From positions 1-43,189 of the forward strand of contig JBHIEG010000016.1 in assembly GCA_046760505.1 (NCBI GenBank): a DNA stretch of 43,189 bases, given 5' to 3'. The notes below the pieces were generated by a model, which saw only the letters and a list, made by a program, of their open reading frames with translations, had not been told where the DNA came from and did not search any database. Shown piece by piece: positions 27,407 through 35,402 of this stretch (within the stretch, counting starts at the first letter, position 1; every line of letters starts with the position of its first letter). Origin of the DNA: Candidatus Hydrothermarchaeota archaeon. GTDB taxonomy: Archaea; CAYFZR01. Made by a program: the position numbers and the translations under genes.

Positions 27407-29785
27407 TCAGATTTTTTTGTTTCTTATCAATCTCTCTAGATTTGTTGGATCGAATCTTGGATCGTATGCTCTTACCTGTCCGCCTTTAATCTTTTTATCC
27501 TTAACCTCAAATCCATGTTCTTTCTCTAAAATTTCCAAAAGCTCGGATCTCCTTGCAATTGGCAGATCTGTCTCGCTTCTTACGAAAAGATACCAATCCT
27601 CTGGATACTCTCCAAAGTACTTCTTGCTCAGATCTAGGTAATGAGTTAATTTTATCGATCTTCCCGGAGCAGTATCGTTTGGTCTCATTACCATGCGAGC
27701 TGTTTGCACTATTGCCTCTTCTTTGGTCTCTGCTGTATAAATCAAATGCTCAGGTCCGGGCTCGAAGTAATGGAAGGAGCCATCTTTTGCATCTATGATC
27801 TGCCATTCCTCTTTTTTGTCCTTTCTTCCAAGATACATTCTCCTGTACTTAGATCCGTGAGGACCAACTATGACTGGAACTCCAAGTCTATTAAATCCAG
27901 TAGCGATAGCAGCTGCTTTCTGAGAGTAGGCTCCCCATGCGACTCCTACCGCTCCGATTCTATTCAGTATGTAATCCGCGATTTCTTCAAAGTTCGCCCT
28001 AAGATTTCTTTGAGCAAATATGTTTGCTACCTTTATGGCTGCTCCAGCAATATGAGAATTAGAGAGACAGGACCCAGTATTGCATACGTTTCCAGCATCA
28101 AATGCACCCGGAAATCTTTCCCAGACCGTTTTTCCTTCATCGTCCTTGTAGAATGATAGATCCATTGCTGCGCATCCTGATGATACAACTATGTATTTAC
28201 GGGAAGCAAATTCTACCACCATATCATAGAGATCCTTTCTTGATCCAGGATAGTTCGAACATCCTACGTATGCTATTATACCAGGTATAGTGCCTAAGAC
28301 AATTGGGGCTCCAACGTTTCTTATCTCAACGTCTGATATAGGACCTCTTCCAGATCTCACGAAAGATTTCTCTGTTTTAGCATTAGCATGCCAGGCTCCC
28401 TCAATAAGGTTTAGCGGAACTATTCCCTGAGGACATTCAAAAGCACATTTATTGCATCCTATACATCTTTCATGGAGATCAACTAGTTTTGATAGATCTC
28501 CTTTCGAAGCAGCCTCATTTGCTTCATGTATAGGCAAATTGCTTGGACATACTCGCCTACATCTTTCGCATTGAGTACAGGTCGATGCTATTTCCTTGAT
28601 TCTTTCTACGTCAGGAATAACCTTGAATTTCTTTCTCTTTGGAGCAATTGCTTTAGCAACCTTTACTGCTACTTCTCCAACTTTATCTGGATCAGTTATT
28701 AATACTCCGGGTTCTTTTCCTTCAACTAAATCTCTTACTATTTCATCTACTGGGTCATTCGTTCTGTTAGGCAATCCATAGCAGATCTGGTTTGTTGTTG
28801 CAATGACAGGCGCCTTTATTTTTTCTGCCTCCTCCATTACAACGGTTCTTACGCACTGCTCGTCAACAATGATAACATCAGGAACTCCGGTTCTTATGAA
28901 CTTCTGCTGATTTGTTATTGGCCCTATTACCTTTGTCTTCTCATAATACCTTGCCATGTCGTGAGCAGTGCAGCATATTGCACAGAGTTCTATCTCATCT
29001 TCCAATCCATTGTCAATTAGATAGTCAATGATTCCAATTCCTGGCAGTACGTTGTGACCTATTCCAAGTATTACTGGCTTCTCCTTATCAACCGTGCCCA
29101 TTCCTATCTCTACCAAAGGCGCATCGGGATCTGCTTTTGGAAAGCCAAAAGTGGATATCTGCGCTATATCTCCAACTTCCATGGTTAGCAAATCCAACAT
29201 TCCAGCATGAAGTGCCTTAGATTCAAAATCTAAGTAAGATCCTTCCTGTCCTGTGTGAACCGCGGATAAACCGTATGTAATCTGCTTCTCCACATAATCT
29301 AAAACCTCTTCAAGATCTCCAAGAGTGGATGGTTTCTTTCCAACTATCAGTCTCGTTAACGGAGCCTCAACATTTATAGCATCTTTACCGATGTCTATCG
29401 GATAATCCGGACCAAATTTTTTTATGAGTCTCTCCAACATGTCTCTTGAATGCGTGTTGTGAGCAGCTGCACCAATCAAACAGGCTGCAAGAACTATTCT
29501 GGCAGTTTGACTTGTTATATCAAGACCGCATGCTCCCCTTCTTCCTTGAGAGAGATCACATTTTCCCATTGTACAAAGATCACAGAAATCAGTATAGGGT
29601 GCATAGAATGGTTTGTATCTTTTTAGCAATTTAAAGTCCCATTCTCGCAAATCCAAGATATCTGGCTTTGGTGTTGGACCCAATGGCTCTTCCCATGTTT
29701 CCTCTTCTTCTATAATTTTGCCTATGTTGATCGAAATGTTTTCAAGACCCTCTATCTTGAAAACTTTAGTTTTGTTATTTATCAT
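27407..29785 (-). CDS. cdhA: Archaeal CO dehydrogenase alpha subunit (Cdh type), stand-alone
   Basis: EPLGPTP.P...LREWD, HTGQEG, GHNV, ICCTAHD, DEQC, E/F clusters CTQCERCRRVCP and CIGCNKCAFECP, VGCSNYP, SGC, GSCLSNSH, SQKA. Confidence 0.95.
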   Translation of the reverse strand: MINNKTKVFKIEGLENISINIGKIIEEEETWEEPLGPTPKPDILDLREWDFKLLKRYKPFYAPYTDFCDLCTMGKCDLSQGRRGACGLDITSQTARIVLAACLIGAAAHNTHSRDMLERLIKKFGPDYPIDIGKDAINVEAPLTRLIVGKKPSTLGDLEEVLDYVEKQITYGLSAVHTGQEGSYLDFESKALHAGMLDLLTMEVGDIAQISTFGFPKADPDAPLVEIGMGTVDKEKPVILGIGHNVLPGIGIIDYLIDNGLEDEIELCAICCTAHDMARYYEKTKVIGPITNQQKFIRTGVPDVIIVDEQCVRTVVMEEAEKIKAPVIATTNQICYGLPNRTNDPVDEIVRDLVEGKEPGVLITDPDKVGEVAVKVAKAIAPKRKKFKVIPDVERIKEIASTCTQCERCRRVCPSNLPIHEANEAASKGDLSKLVDLHERCIGCNKCAFECPQGIVPLNLIEGAWHANAKTEKSFVRSGRGPISDVEIRNVGAPIVLGTIPGIIAYVGCSNYPGSRKDLYDMVVEFASRKYIVVSSGCAAMDLSFYKDDEGKTVWERFPGAFDAGNVCNTGSCLSNSHIAGAAIKVANIFAQRNLRANFEEIADYILNRIGAVGVAWGAYSQKAAAIATGFNRLGVPVIVGPHGSKYRRMYLGRKDKKEEWQIIDAKDGSFHYFEPGPEHLIYTAETKEEAIVQTARMVMRPNDTAPGRSIKLTHYLDLSKKYFGEYPEDWYLFVRSETDLPIARRSELLEILEKEHGFEVKDKKIKGGQVRAYDPRFDPTNLERLIRNKKI

Positions 29786-29817
29786 TTCAATCCTCCAATA
29801 TAATTCAATTATACATA

Positions 29818-29900
29818 CAATTAGTTATGTATTATCCGAAATATAAAATCTTATGGTATGAAATTCGTCAAAAATTTAATAAATTCTATTGAAAATCGTA
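29818..29900 (-). promoter_or_regulatory. cdhA-dsrE-hdrD promoter: two Ptr2-like boxes, TATA, conserved downstream element
   Basis: Minus strand: TACGATTTTC (29900-29891), TGACGAATTTCATAC (29870-29856), TTTTATAT (29848-29841), TTTCGGATAATA-CA-TAACTAATTG (29841-29818); GGAGG RBS downstream. Confidence 0.7.
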
Positions 29901-30029
29901 AGAACCAATCAATGAAATCAAAAAAATTTTGGCTGATATTTTTTGTCAAAAATTATATATATCTTTATTAGTATTAAATATAACGAAAATAAAAAAAAAT
30001 TATTCAATAATCGCACAAAAAGTGATGCT

Positions 30030-30461
30030 ATGGTTGATCAAAAAGACATGAAAATAATCGAAATCTTGAGAGAGAATTCAAGAAAATCATTTACCGAGAT
30101 AGCAGAAGAATTGGGAGTGAGTGAGTCCACGATTAGAAAAAGAGTTAAGGCCTTGGAAGATGAGGGAATCATTAAAAAGTATACAATAATCGTAGATCCT
30201 GCAAAAATAGGTTACAGAACAGTGGCATTGGTAGGTTTAGACGTTGAACCATCTCATTTTTTAGAGGCAGCGGAGAAGATGACCGAATTCGAGGAGGTAA
30301 AGTGCGTTTCCACATCCACGGGTGACCACATGATAATGACCGAAATATGGGTTAAAGATGGCAAAGAGCTCACAAAGCTGATATCTGAAAAAATTGGAAA
30401 AATAGAGGGCGTAAGTAGAATTTGTCCCGCCATAATATTGGAAAAATTAAAAGAGGTTTAA
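30030..30461 (+). CDS. lrpA: Lrp/AsnC regulator, Ptr2/LrpA orthologue
   Basis: [45 protein letters not shown]...ICPAIILE, the Ptr2/LrpA subfamily signature. Confidence 0.9.
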   Translation: MVDQKDMKIIEILRENSRKSFTEIAEELGVSESTIRKRVKALEDEGIIKKYTIIVDPAKIGYRTVALVGLDVEPSHFLEAAEKMTEFEEVKCVSTSTGDHMIMTEIWVKDGKELTKLISEKIGKIEGVSRICPAIILEKLKEV

Positions 30462-30480
30462 AATAAGTAATTTATCACAT

Positions 30481-31308
30481 TTACTCGGGAACCGCTAACG
30501 GCTTTTCAACTTTGAGTTCCTCTTTCGGAATGGCTTCTCCCTTGACGATATCGTCTATCCTTTCTCTGAAGTCCGGATAGGCAAGTGCCATCAGAGTGGG
30601 CAGCGATATTATCCTTTTGGAAATCTCCACCTCTTTTAAACCCTCTCCAATGTGCAGTTCACAAAACGGACAGGATGTTATTACGAGATCAGCCTGCGTC
30701 TCTTCTATGAAATTGAGTTTTCTTTCCCTGATTTTTTTTGCAAGATCTATTTGAGAGGCTCTAACACCTCCTCCTGCTCCGCAGCAGGCATTAGCCTCCT
30801 CCAATTCAATGTATTCTATACCCGGTATCTGTTCGAGAATCTCTTTGAAACCTTTAAAACAATCAACACCCATGCCTCTTATAAGATGGCACGGAAAGTG
30901 AGCGGTTACCTTAGCATTGATAGGACGAATATTATCTTCTTTAAAGAGCCTTCCCTCCTCGGCTAACTTCATGAAGATCTCCATTATGTGAATCACCTTA
31001 ATTCCACGTTTCTCTGCCTCTTCCGATTTCAGAGTAGATCCGCATCCGGGACATGCGGTAACAATAACGTTTCTGCCTGTTTTTTCCACCTCTCTGAGGT
31101 TGTACAGCAATTGTCTTTTTGCAAGATCCTCGTCCCCAGCCCTGAAGATCGGAGAGCCGCAGCACTGTTCTTTATCTAAAACAATATAGTCGATTCCAAA
31201 TTTATCTAGCAGGAAACGCAGGGCAAACCTTATGATATGCATCCTTCTCGAGGTTATGCACCCCTCAAAAAGGACGACTTTATCAGGTATAGATTCTAAT
31301 TTTTTCAT
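30481..31308 (-). CDS. Stand-alone CCG-domain (HdrB-like) Fe-S protein
   Basis: LFEGC, QCCGSP, ACPGC, HFPCHL, ACCGAGGG, SCPFC; no ferredoxin domain. Confidence 0.88.
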   Translation of the reverse strand: MKKLESIPDKVVLFEGCITSRRMHIIRFALRFLLDKFGIDYIVLDKEQCCGSPIFRAGDEDLAKRQLLYNLREVEKTGRNVIVTACPGCGSTLKSEEAEKRGIKVIHIMEIFMKLAEEGRLFKEDNIRPINAKVTAHFPCHLIRGMGVDCFKGFKEILEQIPGIEYIELEEANACCGAGGGVRASQIDLAKKIRERKLNFIEETQADLVITSCPFCELHIGEGLKEVEISKRIISLPTLMALAYPDFRERIDDIVKGEAIPKEELKVEKPLAVPE

Positions 31309-31319
31309 ATTTTTTGCCT

Positions 31320-31402
31320 CAATTAGTTAAATATTATCCGAAACTTTTATACTTTTAGTATGTATATCGTTATAAATGCAGAGAAACTGTGCGAAAATCG
31401 TA
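31320..31402 (-). promoter_or_regulatory. Promoter of the CCG gene, same architecture as the cdhA promoter
   Basis: Minus strand: TACGATTTTCGC (31402-31391), ACGATATACATAC (31370-31358), TATAAAA (31351-31345), TTTCGGATAATA-TT-TAACTAATTG (31343-31320); the conserved blocks sit at offset +1502 from the cdhA copy. Confidence 0.7.
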
Positions 31403-31448
31403 TTTTAATTATTTGATTTTCTAAAAAAATAAAAGGGAAAAACTTGAA

Positions 31449-33428
31449 TCAGATTCCTAGTGCCTTCCTTTTCTCCTCTATGTGATTTTCTATTATGTTT
31501 GCTGCTTCCCTTGGATCCACTTCCACGGCGAACTTACCTCCAAACAGGCTTTCAGCATCTACTGCGAGCAGTTTCGACACGAGTTCGCTTCCCGCTACAG
31601 GAGGGACCACACCGAGATGTACCAGCAAACCCAATGCCACTGCGCCTGTACCTATGGCTGCTGCCTTTTCCGTAGCCCACTCTGGCGCTGATGCGGCTAC
31701 AGGAAGGTTGCTCAAATCAACATCTAACGCATCTGCTAGGGCTCCGAGCAGTATGAATATCCTTGAATTATCCACGCAGGATCCCATGTGCAAAACTGGC
31801 GGAATGCCTAAAGCCCCGCATATAGCCCTTAAGCCTTCTCCTGCATGTTCTCTGGCTTCAGGTAGCAAAAGTCCCGCTTTCGCTAGGGCATGTCCTGAAC
31901 AGCCTGTGGTCACAACCAGTATATCTCTTTTTATGAGTTCCCTGGCTAAATTTACATGGTTGTAGTCGTGCGTAACCTTTGGATTGTTACAACCGACGAT
32001 ACCAACCGCTCCCTTTATTTTTCCCTCCTTAATCGCATCTAGCAAGGGAGCGAGATCTCCATTTAGCAGGTCCAGTATCGCCTCTACGGAAACGCCGGCT
32101 ATCAGTTTTGATTTCTCATCTATCAATTTTACCTCGTTAGATCTATTTTTGTAATTGTTTATTGCCTCTTTAACTATTTTTTCAGCGACCTCATCTGCCC
32201 TTTCCTCTGAGAATTCAATGTGAATTACGTTTTCATTCTGAGGCATCTTTGCCTCATTCTGAGTTGTTATAAGCCTTGTGTGATAGTGAGAAGCAATATT
32301 CGCCAGACTCGGCATAATGCATTGTACATCCACCGTGAATGCATCCACAACTCCGCTTAAAATAGCCAGTTCCTGCTGTAATGTATTGCCAATCTGGGGA
32401 ATTCCATGTCTTGATAATACCTCGTTTCCGGTGCAGCATATTCCCGCTACCGTAATACCCTCTGCTCCAATCGCCCTAGCCTCTTCCTCCAGCCTCTCGG
32501 ACCACTCCACCACCTTTTCAGATAAAAGCGGAACATGTCCATGGACGATTATGTTTACATTCTCTTCCCTTAGCACGCCGAAATTAGTCTCCGTTTCCAC
32601 TATGGATGGAGTTCCGAAAAGAACGTCCTGGAGCAATGTGGATATCAGGAGCGAGTAAAAATCTGCAAGCCCGCATCTAACCGCATGCAGAATTATATTA
32701 ACTGGATCAGCATCGACTCCCTGCGTAGTCCTATGCATCGCCTCTGCTATCTCTTTATAACCGCTCCTCGGAAATACTCCCAGTTCCTTTAATTTTTCCA
32801 CCCTCTTTTTTGGCGTAAAACTCTCTGCGAATACCATGTAGTCCCTTTCTAATGAACCTACAAAATCTTTCCATGCCTCCAATCCCACTTCTACGGCTAT
32901 TTGTTCTATCTCCTTTCCTTCTGTTTCTATTCCGATTTTTTTTGCTATTTGGAGCAGTTTTTCTTTGTCTGTAATTTCATACGGTGCTTCTTTCTTTCCA
33001 GTCTTCATCAGAGTCTCTGCGACATGAACTCCATGCTCTACATGGGCAGCGGTACCTCCTGCAATGAATCTAAGCAAAGATCTCGCCACCATTAGATCCC
33101 TATCCGCTCCGCATATTCCCTCAGTGGCATTAAACCTGATTCTGTATAATCTGGGCAGGAATGCCGGATCCTCAGGCAATACCCTGCATGGACCGTTTGC
33201 GCAGTTTCTGCAGCAGACTCCAAGAGATCCGAATGGACACCTCACCGCCTCTATTACAGGAAGTACGGCCTCAAATTTCTCAACTCTATCGAATACCGTG
33301 GGAATTTTTTTCGTTCGAGCATATTCCAGCATCTCTTTCGTTGCTGGATCTGCTGTAACACCGTATGTTTTCTTGAACTCTTCTTCTTTCTTCTTTTGCT
33401 GTCTCCATAAAATCTCAGAAATTTCCAT
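31449..33428 (-). CDS. cooS: Anaerobic Ni-CO dehydrogenase catalytic subunit (canonical ligands)
   Basis: CPFGSLGVCCRNCANGPC...GICG, AAHVEH, HGH.P, GICCTGNE, DVQC, VGCNN, TGC, MGSCVDN, EKA. Confidence 0.95.
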   Translation of the reverse strand: MEISEILWRQQKKKEEEFKKTYGVTADPATKEMLEYARTKKIPTVFDRVEKFEAVLPVIEAVRCPFGSLGVCCRNCANGPCRVLPEDPAFLPRLYRIRFNATEGICGADRDLMVARSLLRFIAGGTAAHVEHGVHVAETLMKTGKKEAPYEITDKEKLLQIAKKIGIETEGKEIEQIAVEVGLEAWKDFVGSLERDYMVFAESFTPKKRVEKLKELGVFPRSGYKEIAEAMHRTTQGVDADPVNIILHAVRCGLADFYSLLISTLLQDVLFGTPSIVETETNFGVLREENVNIIVHGHVPLLSEKVVEWSERLEEEARAIGAEGITVAGICCTGNEVLSRHGIPQIGNTLQQELAILSGVVDAFTVDVQCIMPSLANIASHYHTRLITTQNEAKMPQNENVIHIEFSEERADEVAEKIVKEAINNYKNRSNEVKLIDEKSKLIAGVSVEAILDLLNGDLAPLLDAIKEGKIKGAVGIVGCNNPKVTHDYNHVNLARELIKRDILVVTTGCSGHALAKAGLLLPEAREHAGEGLRAICGALGIPPVLHMGSCVDNSRIFILLGALADALDVDLSNLPVAASAPEWATEKAAAIGTGAVALGLLVHLGVVPPVAGSELVSKLLAVDAESLFGGKFAVEVDPREAANIIENHIEEKRKALGI

Positions 33429-33490
33429 TTTTCCACCCAAGAAATATAAGTCAATTATATATATTATTTTTTCACAAAGGTACTGAAAAA

Positions 33491-33958
33491 TTAATCTAAC
33501 TTGCCGTAAACCCTTCTAAAACATCTATTATACCATCTTTTCCCCTTTCTAAGCATTTCAGCATCTCTCTTCTTTTTTTCAACAATATGAGACATCCTCT
33601 CTGAAATACCGAATAGATCCGGTATGTACTCTACCTCCAGCACGGAGTCTATTCCAAGACCTGTTTTTGCCTTGAACATGTCTACAAAAAGAGGATTTGA
33701 ACTCCAGAACACACAGTGAGATCTCTTTATGATTATTTCCCCGTACTTTGCATGATATCTTATCTCATCTATCCTATTCTCTCTGAGGTGGCTCAATAAT
33801 GTGTTCAATTCAAACTCAAAACATTTTTCCTCGAAATTCCTGGTTATCTCTTCATTTCCTTTCTTGTATATGATCCTGTCTGTTTTAGGAGATTTCTCAG
33901 AGAGTTTTTTTACGTCTTCATCCTCTAGTTTTATCTTAAATATGGGTAAATAATCCAT
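33491..33958 (-). CDS. Hypothetical protein, third gene of the thiolase operon
   Basis: ATG 2 nt after the HMGCS-fusion stop; 155 aa; no family recognised. Confidence 0.65.
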   Translation of the reverse strand: MDYLPIFKIKLEDEDVKKLSEKSPKTDRIIYKKGNEEITRNFEEKCFEFELNTLLSHLRENRIDEIRYHAKYGEIIIKRSHCVFWSSNPLFVDMFKAKTGLGIDSVLEVEYIPDLFGISERMSHIVEKKKRDAEMLRKGKRWYNRCFRRVYGKLD

Positions 33959-33960
33959 CT

Positions 33961-35400
33961 CTATCCGTTCTTGGTTTTTCTGTATGTATGGTAGTTTACG
34001 TATATCTTTCTTTTCAGCTGTTCCTGTACTGTTATACCCTCTTTCCATAAGATAGGCTCTTCAGTTCTCCACAGGAAGGCATCGGCCCCTGCGCCAGAGC
34101 CAAATGCTACGTGCAGGATTAGTTCATTGTCCCTGGCATGATCAAAAATGTTTGCGAGTCCGATTAAGGTTGAAGCGGAGTACGCATTCCCTATCCAGTC
34201 AGCAACGAATCCCAGTTTATACTGTTCCCATGTAAAACCAAGTCTCTGAGCCGCTTTCCAGGGGAATTTTCCGTTTGGCTGATGCAAAACAACGTGATCT
34301 ATTTCATGAGGTTCTATGCCAGTTCTTTCCATCAGGTTAATTGCTGCGGCCTGCGTATGCTTAAAGTAGGCTGGATCTCCTGTGAAACCGCCTCCGTGTC
34401 TCGGAAATGGAGAGCCTTCCCTTCTCCAGAAATCCGGAATGTCCGTTGTATAAGGTTCATATGCTTCCAGACTTGCTATCACATCATATTTACCGAATAT
34501 AAATGCGGCTGCACCGCATCCCACCGTGTTGTCTAGAACGTCTCCCTCTTCTGCCTGAGAATTATCTGCTCCCACCACCATTGAGTAGTCGCATTCAAAG
34601 TATCCATTCTCTACCACGCTCAGTGCATAGATAAATCCTCCAGTCGCTGCCTTACAGGCGCATTCCATGTCGTGGGCTTCTACTCTTGGAGTGGCTCCAA
34701 TGGCCTCTGCTACGGTGATTGCACTCGGTTTTACCGCGTAAGGAGGGCTTTCTGAACCAAATCTAATGGATCCAATCTCACTTCCATCTATACAGGCATA
34801 TTTTAAGGCATTTTTTGCTGCATCTACTCCTATCGTGGTGGTATCCTGATCCGGAGCCAGTACAGCCTTTTCTTTAAAACCGGTTTGATTAATAAGAATC
34901 TTTGGATCTTTCTTCATCTCTTTGGCCATTTCCTCCATTTTAATCCTGTATTTCGGTATATGAACCCCATATCCAACTATGCCTGCCCTATCAAACTTTT
35001 TAACTGGATTTTTTTTCTTGAATGATTTACTGCCCTGCTTGGGTCTAAATGCGAGACCGTATTTGATCACACCCTCCTTGGTTTCTCCAAGCCTTCTGAA
35101 CGTTGGCTCCAGTTCCATGCCTATCTCTGGCTCGCGATCCATATCTGTCAGATAGGTAGAAACTTTGGCTCCATCGATTTCGACTATTGCGCAATAATAT
35201 AAGAATCCATTTTCCACCTTTTTGCTGTAAGAATATAAACTCGCATCCTTCCACATCAGGGATTCGTAGATTACTTCTCCTTCCCTTCCCCTGCCTGTAT
35301 CTATGTACCTCGGCGGGATGCTTAATCCTCTAGATTCATCCTTGCTCGCAATGAGCCTGTAGTACTCAGGTATATTTCTCCAAGATTTGGGCAAACTCAT
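33961..35400 (-). CDS. Fusion of N-terminal DUF35 (ChsH2-like OB fold) and hydroxymethylglutaryl-CoA synthase
   Basis: aa 1-~122: WR.IP.YYRL, PPR, YSYS, LTD, IGM..EPTFRRL, G.IKYG..FRP; then GIVGYG..IP.YRI, GSESPPYAVKP, ACKA, DFWRR, HQPNGKFP, IGN.YS, FGSGAG.D. Confidence 0.9.
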   Translation of the reverse strand: MSLPKSWRNIPEYYRLIASKDESRGLSIPPRYIDTGRGREGEVIYESLMWKDASLYSYSKKVENGFLYYCAIVEIDGAKVSTYLTDMDREPEIGMELEPTFRRLGETKEGVIKYGLAFRPKQGSKSFKKKNPVKKFDRAGIVGYGVHIPKYRIKMEEMAKEMKKDPKILINQTGFKEKAVLAPDQDTTTIGVDAAKNALKYACIDGSEIGSIRFGSESPPYAVKPSAITVAEAIGATPRVEAHDMECACKAATGGFIYALSVVENGYFECDYSMVVGADNSQAEEGDVLDNTVGCGAAAFIFGKYDVIASLEAYEPYTTDIPDFWRREGSPFPRHGGGFTGDPAYFKHTQAAAINLMERTGIEPHEIDHVVLHQPNGKFPWKAAQRLGFTWEQYKLGFVADWIGNAYSASTLIGLANIFDHARDNELILHVAFGSGAGADAFLWRTEEPILWKEGITVQEQLKRKIYVNYHTYRKTKNG

Positions 35401-35402
35401 CT

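Noticed and set aside
27407-29785. Complete Wood-Ljungdahl ACDS operon
   Set aside because: Only cdhA is present in this window.
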